Shown here: one piece after another, positions 62,775 to 64,000 of the stretch
Layout: each line of letters starts with the position of its first letter
How positions within the stretch are numbered: the first letter of the stretch is position 1
Source: an uncultured Solirubrobacteraceae bacterium
GTDB taxonomy: Bacteria; Actinomycetota; Thermoleophilia; Solirubrobacterales; Solirubrobacteraceae
DNA: 64,000 nucleotides
Assembly: GCA_963706235.1 (NCBI GenBank)
Contig: OY970157.1
Location: 1,330,553 to 1,394,552, forward strand
Reading direction: 5' to 3'
Translations under genes and position numbers: made by a program
Notes under the pieces: generated by a model
What the model was told of the DNA's origin: nothing
Seen by the model: only the letters and a program-made list of their open reading frames with translations
Databases searched by the model: none

Positions 62775-64000
62775 ATGAGTTCGGGGCGGCTCGATCCGTC
62801 ATACAACGAGCAACCCGAGGAAGCAGCGCCGAATAGGCCGTTGTCTTCCGCGTTCGACAGGCACGTCCCTGCGTCGCCCAATCGCGCTCGCACGGCGCTG
62901 ATCGGCGGCCTGATACTGCTCCTGGGACTCGGTGTATCGATAGTTGTCGCCGCAAAGTGGCGCTCAAGCGCACTCGAAACGAACCGCAGATCGTTCCAGT
63001 CGACTGCCGCCGATCTGAGCAGCACACTCGCGGCGCGGATCAGCGCGGACATCCAGCTGACGCGCACAATGCGCGCCCATGCGGCGATGGAAACGCAGGA
63101 GAGCGAGACGCGGTACCAGCAGTGGTACCTAGAGCTGCAGCGCGGCGCTCCGTCTTCCCCTGACGTGGTAGCCGCGTTCATCCGTGTCGTACCGGCGGCG
63201 GAACTCAGGGCATTCCGACGCCATTCTGAGGCTGACCCCGCGTTCCGCCGGCTACTCGGAACGGATCTTCAGATACTTCCGCCGGGCACGCGATCAAGGT
63301 ACTGTCTGACGAGCACGATCGTCGGCAAGAGTGCGGTACCAAGTACGTATCGCGGATTGGTGGACTACTGCGCGCCTTTCGCTGCAACCGCCCGGAGCTC
63401 GCCATACCCAGCCCTCGTGCGCACGGCGACCGATACCGCGTCGTTCATCGTTACCCCGCTGCGCGAAACCGGCAGCCGATCACTCGTCGCGATAGCCGCT
63501 GCCGTCTATCGGCGTGGCGCGTCTATCGCGACCGTCTCGGCGCGCCGGAGCGCGCTGAGAGGCTTCATCGCGACGACCTTCGACAGTACGACCACGATCC
63601 GATCCGTGCTAACCGGTCGCAGTGGGCTGGACCTTGCTCTCTACCACCGCAACGCCGGTGGCCCATTGGACCTGATCGGTTCCGCGGGGGCGCACCCAGG
63701 CGGCCGCTCGGGCGGATACGCCTCCAGACGTGAACTTGGAGAAGGCTGGGTCCTGGAGACGACGGGGACCGCCAACGCCTTCGCCTCGCCCGATTTGGGG
63801 GTCGTCGCGCTGGGCCTCGGCCTGCTCGTCACCATCCTCATGTTCCTGCTGCATCTCGTGCTGTCCAACTCACGTCAACGTGCTTGGGCGCTCGTCGGCG
63901 AGCGGACCGGCGAGCTCGAGTACCTCGCACTGCACGATCCGCTGACGGACCTTCCTAACCGAATCCTGGTGCTCGACCGCGCCGAGCAGATCCTGGCCCG
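62775..64000 (+). CDS. CHASE-like periplasmic sensor + GGDEF protein (3' end beyond the window)
   Basis: Not in the ORF track because there is no stop in the window. My translation from ATG 62775 is MSSGRLDPSYNEQ...TALIGGLILLLGLGVSIVVAAKW (TM1). A ~300-aa extracytoplasmic domain follows, then LGVVALGLGLLVTILMFLLHLVL (TM2), then the GGDEF onset LALHDPLTDLPNRILVLDRAEQILA. Confidence 0.75.
   Translation, partial: MSSGRLDPSYNEQPEEAAPNRPLSSAFDRHVPASPNRARTALIGGLILLLGLGVSIVVAAKWRSSALETNRRSFQSTAADLSSTLAARISADIQLTRTMRAHAAMETQESETRYQQWYLELQRGAPSSPDVVAAFIRVVPAAELRAFRRHSEADPAFRRLLGTDLQILPPGTRSRYCLTSTIVGKSAVPSTYRGLVDYCAPFAATARSSPYPALVRTATDTASFIVTPLRETGSRSLVAIAAAVYRRGASIATVSARRSALRGFIATTFDSTTTIRSVLTGRSGLDLALYHRNAGGPLDLIGSAGAHPGGRSGGYASRRELGEGWVLETTGTANAFASPDLGVVALGLGLLVTILMFLLHLVLSNSRQRAWALVGERTGELEYLALHDPLTDLPNRILVLDRAEQILA

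Noticed and set aside
55472-64000. A genomic island integrated at tRNA-Val.
   Set aside because: I found no integrase, recombinase or mobility gene. I found no copy of the tRNA 3' end as a direct repeat downstream by eye. Composition is not obviously different, apart from short intergenic dips. An exhaustive repeat search would be needed to exclude the idea fully.

Overview
Very GC-rich chromosomal segment (by eye about two-thirds to 70% G+C, not computed). The gene order looks actinobacterial; a Thermoleophilia/Rubrobacteria-like origin is only a guess from gene content. Because of the GC content, most long ORFs in the six-frame track are antisense or off-frame artefacts (R/A/P/G-rich). I accepted only ORFs whose translations carry recognisable family motifs, and I re-derived starts where the track over-extends. 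Content from left to right: (1) 1-16.2 kb holds two conserved housekeeping strings on the minus strand. The first is tRNA-Gln, glmU, prs, rplY, pth, mfd. The second is rsmI, an RHH/ParE toxin-antitoxin pair, metG, tatD, rsmA, ispE. A CAP-domain secreted protein, a PucR regulator and an LCP protein sit alongside. (2) 16-29 kb holds an FTR1 iron permease with an upstream palindrome, a cysteine-less FmdB-like protein, TetR, several oxidoreductases, an AT-hook/wHTH protein, coupled icd-mdh, an AidB-like dehydrogenase and an S2P-CBS protease. (3) 29.3-33.2 kb holds a non-classical (type E-like) succinate dehydrogenase: SdhA, an elongated SdhB and a CCG-domain HdrB-like subunit, with no heme-b anchor genes. 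(4) 33-47 kb holds a GAF-GGDEF cyclase, wecB, a tightly linked PP2C-phosphatase/orphan SBP/CPA2-antiporter trio, lysC, and a DrrAB-like exporter with a divergent TetR. (5) 47-52 kb holds recR-ybaB-dnaX and an SRP RNA (ffs) that the ORF track cannot show. (6) 53-64 kb, downstream of tRNA-Val, is dense in signalling genes: three GGDEF genes, one PAS-HD-GYP, one decayed HD-GYP pseudogene and two tandem GAF-ANTAR genes. I saw no CRISPR array, IS element, integrase, phage gene or recognisable dedicated defence system. The most unusual items are the HD-GYP/ANTAR/ANTAR/GGDEF string, the PP2C-SBP-antiporter trio and the elongated SdhB. All functional links are inference from sequence only.
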